Below, one piece after another: positions 60,444-64,000 of a stretch of 64,000 nucleotides of DNA; the first letter of the stretch is position 1, and each line of letters starts with the position of its first letter. The position numbers and the translations under genes were made by a program. The DNA is from an uncultured Gemmatimonadales bacterium (GTDB lineage: Bacteria > Gemmatimonadota > Gemmatimonadetes > Longimicrobiales > RSA9): NCBI GenBank assembly GCA_963741945.1, contig CAVUKA010000005.1:1-64000 (forward strand). The letters run 5' to 3'. The notes beneath the pieces are model-generated. The model was given only the letters and a program-made list of their open reading frames with translations, was not told the origin of the DNA and ran no database searches.

Positions 60444-60704
60444 CCTCGCCCCACCTCCAGGCTGTGACACCATGCCCCCGGAGTGGCGCCGATACCCGCC
60501 ACACCGCGGCCGCCGCCCGCCCGCCCGGGAGGCGGTGTAGCGGCGCTCATCGAAAAGGTGCGGTTAAAGGCAGCCGCGCGCATGGGCGAAAACTACCCAC
60601 ACGCGCCGCGCGGTCGGCCCGGGCGGAGCGGCTGGCCACCGGCGGATGAGCCGCGTAGGTTGCCGCCGCAGGAATCCCCAGCACCCCTGCCGGAGAGCGT
60701 CGTG

Positions 60705-61817
60705 ATGCAGCCGTTCGAGATGGAACGATGGCAGTCCCACCACGAGAATGAAGTGCGCTGGAACCTCAGCGAGAGCGGCGTACATCCGCTCGCTCTGGGG
60801 GAGCTGCTCGCGCTGGCGGGGGAGACCGAGGCAGCGCTTGAGACTCCCCTCGGGTACGGTCACTCGAACGGCACGCCGGCGCTGCGAGAGCGGATCGCTG
60901 CGCTGTACCCCGGGGCATCCGCCTCGCAGGTAGTGGTCACGAATGGCAGCGCGGAAGCGAATTTCGTGGTGGCGTGGCGGCTGGTCGAGCCAGGCGACGA
61001 CGTGGCCGTGCTTACGCCGACGTACATGCAGCTCCCCGGGCTGGCCGCGTCGCTCGGCGCCCGCGTCCGCGCCATCCCGCTCCGGGAGGAGAACGGCTGG
61101 CAGCCGGACCCGGCCGACCTGCTGGAGGACGTGGGACCGGGCACGCGCCTGGTGGTGGTGACGAACCCGCAGAACCCCACGGGCGTGACCCTGAGCGACG
61201 AATCGCTGCATGCCATTCTCGAGGCGGCGGAGCGGGTCGGGGCCTGGGTCCTCGCCGACGAAGTCTACGCCGGAGCGGAGCCCGAGGGCCCCGCCACCCC
61301 CACGCTCTTCGGGCGGTATCCGCGCGTCATCGCCACCGGCTCCCTCTCCAAGGCCTATGGCCTCGCCGGCCTCCGCATCGGCTGGATCGTCACACCCCCC
61401 CAGCTCACCGAGGACCTCTGGGCGAGGAAGGACTACACCACCATCTCCACCGGCCCCCTCACCGACACCCTCGCCGCCCTCGCGCTCCGCGACGACGTGC
61501 GGCCGAAGATCATCGCCCGCGCCCGACAGATCGTCCGCGAGCACCGCGAGATCGTTCGCGCCTGGGCCGACGACTCCGGGATCTTCCACTTCGGCCGCCA
61601 CGATGCCGGCGCCGTCTGCCTCCCCGCATACGATCTCCCCCTGGACTCCATGGAGCTCGCGGAGCGACTGCGCGTGGATGAGGACGTGCTGCTCGTGCCC
61701 GGCGCCCACTTCGGGTTAGGCAAGTACGTCCGCATCGGCTTCGGCATCGAGCGAACGCCGCTGGAAGAGGCGCTCCAGCGGGTCACGGCCTTCGCCCGCA
61801 CGACCCGCGGGGCGTAA
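60705..61817 (+). CDS. PLP-dependent aminotransferase, class I/II
   Basis: NPQNPTG, DEVY and SLSKAYGLAGLRIGW motifs. Confidence 0.92.
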   Translation: MQPFEMERWQSHHENEVRWNLSESGVHPLALGELLALAGETEAALETPLGYGHSNGTPALRERIAALYPGASASQVVVTNGSAEANFVVAWRLVEPGDDVAVLTPTYMQLPGLAASLGARVRAIPLREENGWQPDPADLLEDVGPGTRLVVVTNPQNPTGVTLSDESLHAILEAAERVGAWVLADEVYAGAEPEGPATPTLFGRYPRVIATGSLSKAYGLAGLRIGWIVTPPQLTEDLWARKDYTTISTGPLTDTLAALALRDDVRPKIIARARQIVREHREIVRAWADDSGIFHFGRHDAGAVCLPAYDLPLDSMELAERLRVDEDVLLVPGAHFGLGKYVRIGFGIERTPLEEALQRVTAFARTTRGA

Positions 61818-61960
61818 GGCGGTCGGCGCCACGTGGCGGCACCGCGAGGCGCGTCAGCGCCCTGCGGACGGGCCCGTGGTGCCGCGGCCCCCGGCGGCAC
61901 ACATACTGCACCAATCACGGGATGGAAACCACGGCGCATCAACCACTCCGGCACAACCGA

Positions 61961-62332
61961 ATGGCGAGAATCCTGGTCGTCGAAGACAACGCCGACCTGC
62001 TTACCATCCTGCGGGATCTGCTGGCGGCGGACCACGAGGTGGTGACGGCCCGGCGGGGCGAGGAAGCCATTGATTGCGCCCGCGAGGCCAAGCCCGACAT
62101 CGTCATCATGGACCTCCAGCTCCCGTCCATGAGCGGCATCGAGGCCGGCCGCTGGATCAAGCAGGAAATCGCCGACGTCCCCATCCTCGCCCTCACCGCC
62201 CTCGCGCAGAGCGGCGACTCCGACATGGTCCTGCGCTCCGGCTGCTGCGACGCCTACATGGCCAAGCCCGCCTCCCTCGCCGACATCCGGCGCAAGGTGG
62301 AGGAGCTGCTGCAGGACCGCGACGCGGCCTGA
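61961..62332 (+). CDS. Single-domain response regulator (DivK/CheY-like)
   Basis: ILVVEDN, MDLQLP, LTA and AKP motifs. Confidence 0.88.
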   Translation: MARILVVEDNADLLTILRDLLAADHEVVTARRGEEAIDCAREAKPDIVIMDLQLPSMSGIEAGRWIKQEIADVPILALTALAQSGDSDMVLRSGCCDAYMAKPASLADIRRKVEELLQDRDAA

Positions 62333-62414
62333 CGCGCCGGCGCGGACGCTCGGGCGCGCGCCCTCCGCGCACAGGGAACTGTTCAGGTCGTAGCCCGGCG
62401 CGTAGCTTGGTGAA

Positions 62415-62714
62415 ATGAACAGGAACGCAGCAATCCTCGTCATCACCGGGCTGGCGGCCGGCTGCGCGTCCGCCCCGCCGGTCACGGCGGACTTGCTTCC
62501 TCCGTGCGCGACCCACCGGGCCGAAGGCTGGCGCCAGGTTTCGGGGAGAGGGGTGGTGGTGTGCGTGCCCGGGACGTGGTCGTCGGGCGGCGCCGCGAGC
62601 TGGCGGGGCGAATCGTTCTTCATGACGGGGGACGCCCTGAGCCGGCGCGTGGCGGAGCTCCAGTTGGACATCTACCGGACGGCCCGCCTCATGGAAGCGG
62701 ACGGAGGCGGATAG
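62415..62714 (+). CDS. Small putative lipoprotein
   Basis: Lipobox LAAGC; 99 aa. Confidence 0.55.
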   Translation: MNRNAAILVITGLAAGCASAPPVTADLLPPCATHRAEGWRQVSGRGVVVCVPGTWSSGGAASWRGESFFMTGDALSRRVAELQLDIYRTARLMEADGGG

Positions 62715-62870
62715 CCGCCCCTCGGGCGGTTCAGCCGCGGCCACCGCCACCGTGAGCCGCTGAGGCGGAGCCTGCGTCGGGGTCGAGGCGTTCGCTTGAC
62801 CCGTCCTCGCCCGCTCCCGACATTGCCCTCCTTGCCCGTACCCACCATCCACGAAGACAGGATCGAAACC

Positions 62871-64000
62871 ATGCGAAGCAGGGCATTGCTCGCGGGCGCG
62901 GCTGCAGCGGCCGTGCTCGGGACGGGAGCGCCCGGTGCCGTCAGCGCGCAGTACACTGACGTGCCAGCGCCCGCCGCGTACGCGCTGCGCGGTGTGACCG
63001 TGGTAGGGCCGGACGGAGCGAGCCGGGAGGGAGTGACGGTGGTGGTCCGCGGCGCGTTCATCGAAGCGCTGGGGCCGGCGGCGGCGGTGCCGGCGGACGC
63101 CCGTGTGCTGGAGGGCGACTCGCTCTTCCTGTACCCGGGACTGGTGGACGGGGACGGCAAGGCCGGCTACGACATTCCTCGCCCGGACGTGAATCGCAGT
63201 CAACTCGAGATGTGGAACGCGCCGCGGGAAGTGCGGGGCTTCACGCCCGCCCGTCGGCTGGTCTCGTACCTGACCGCTACCGGCGACGACGGCGCCGACG
63301 CGAGGCGGCAGGGGATCGTCGCCGCGGCGGTCCACCCCTCCGGCCCGCTCATGCCGGGTCGCGGCGCGCTGGTCCTGTACCGCGTGGACGCGGAGACGCC
63401 GGACGCGCTGGTGGTGCGCCCGGCGCTCGGCCCCACGTTCGAGCTTCGCGGCGCGCCCGGCGTGTACCCGGGAACGCTGTTCGGCGTGATGGCCACGTTC
63501 CGGCAGTCGTTCGAGGACGCGCGCCACCAGCGCGCGGTCCTGGTGGCCCGGGAGAAGGACCCGCGCGGGCTCACGCTCCCCGCGTACGACCCCGACGAGG
63601 CGGTGCTGGGCGACGTGCTGTCGGGCGACCTTCCCGTGTTCGCGAAAGCGGATGCCGCCGACGACATCCTGCGCGTGCTGGAGCTGTCGGACGAGTACGG
63701 GCTCAAGCCGATCATCGTGGGGGGCGGCGAGGCGTGGAAGGTGGCCGACGCGCTGAAGCGGCGGGGCGTGCCGGTCCTCGTGTCGGTGGACTTCCAGAAG
63801 CCGCGACGCTGGAAGCCGGAGAGCGACACCGGCTCCGTGGCGCTGGACGCGGCCGCGGAGCGGGAGCGTGATGACCTCGTGGCCCGCTACGCCAATGCCG
63901 GGCGGCTGGCCGCGGCCGGTGTCACGTTCGCGCTCACGAGCGGGGGGACGGGCAAGATCCTGGACGGCGTCCGGAAGGCCGTCGAGAACGGGCTCCCGGA
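62871..64000 (+). CDS. Secreted amidohydrolase-fold protein (partial; absent from the ORF track because it runs off the end)
   Basis: Manual translation: MRSRALLAG...AVSA-QYTD...YALRGVTVV...LYPGLVD...YPGTLFGVMA...GGGEAWKVAD.L. Confidence 0.8.
   Translation, partial: MRSRALLAGAAAAAVLGTGAPGAVSAQYTDVPAPAAYALRGVTVVGPDGASREGVTVVVRGAFIEALGPAAAVPADARVLEGDSLFLYPGLVDGDGKAGYDIPRPDVNRSQLEMWNAPREVRGFTPARRLVSYLTATGDDGADARRQGIVAAAVHPSGPLMPGRGALVLYRVDAETPDALVVRPALGPTFELRGAPGVYPGTLFGVMATFRQSFEDARHQRAVLVAREKDPRGLTLPAYDPDEAVLGDVLSGDLPVFAKADAADDILRVLELSDEYGLKPIIVGGGEAWKVADALKRRGVPVLVSVDFQKPRRWKPESDTGSVALDAAAERERDDLVARYANAGRLAAAGVTFALTSGGTGKILDGVRKAVENGLP

Overview
High-GC bacterial chromosomal window. Gene content (SprA-like barrel, SusC/SusD pair, long LptF, conserved small hypotheticals) suggests an FCB-group organism, probably Gemmatimonadota (inference). 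Left to right: a frameshifted type I restriction-modification locus (hsdR/S/M); a co-oriented minus-strand run sprA-like, glutaminyl-cyclase-like M28, comEA, pilB, pilT, pilC; divergent lptF/lptG followed by a nested tandem repeat; dapF with a structured upstream region; metH plus a HMT/MTHFR fusion behind a SAM-II-like riboswitch with a terminator; a TetR-TolC-MFP-RND efflux operon with tandem operators; pepP; an archease::rtcB deletion scar; a dksA-like gene; thrC; two ECF sigma/anti-sigma pairs; holA; Nudix and M16 peptidase genes; susC/susD; apgM; an aminotransferase; a response regulator; and an amidohydrolase-fold gene cut by the window end. Best leads: the SprA-QC-ComEA-type IV pilus motor cluster, a window-wide 'Q-rule' signature in signal peptides, the SAM-II-like attenuator, an unassigned structured RNA at about 21.47-21.63 kb, the archease/RtcB scar and a D-T-x-rich tail. 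All calls come from reading the sequence by eye; no database searches were run.
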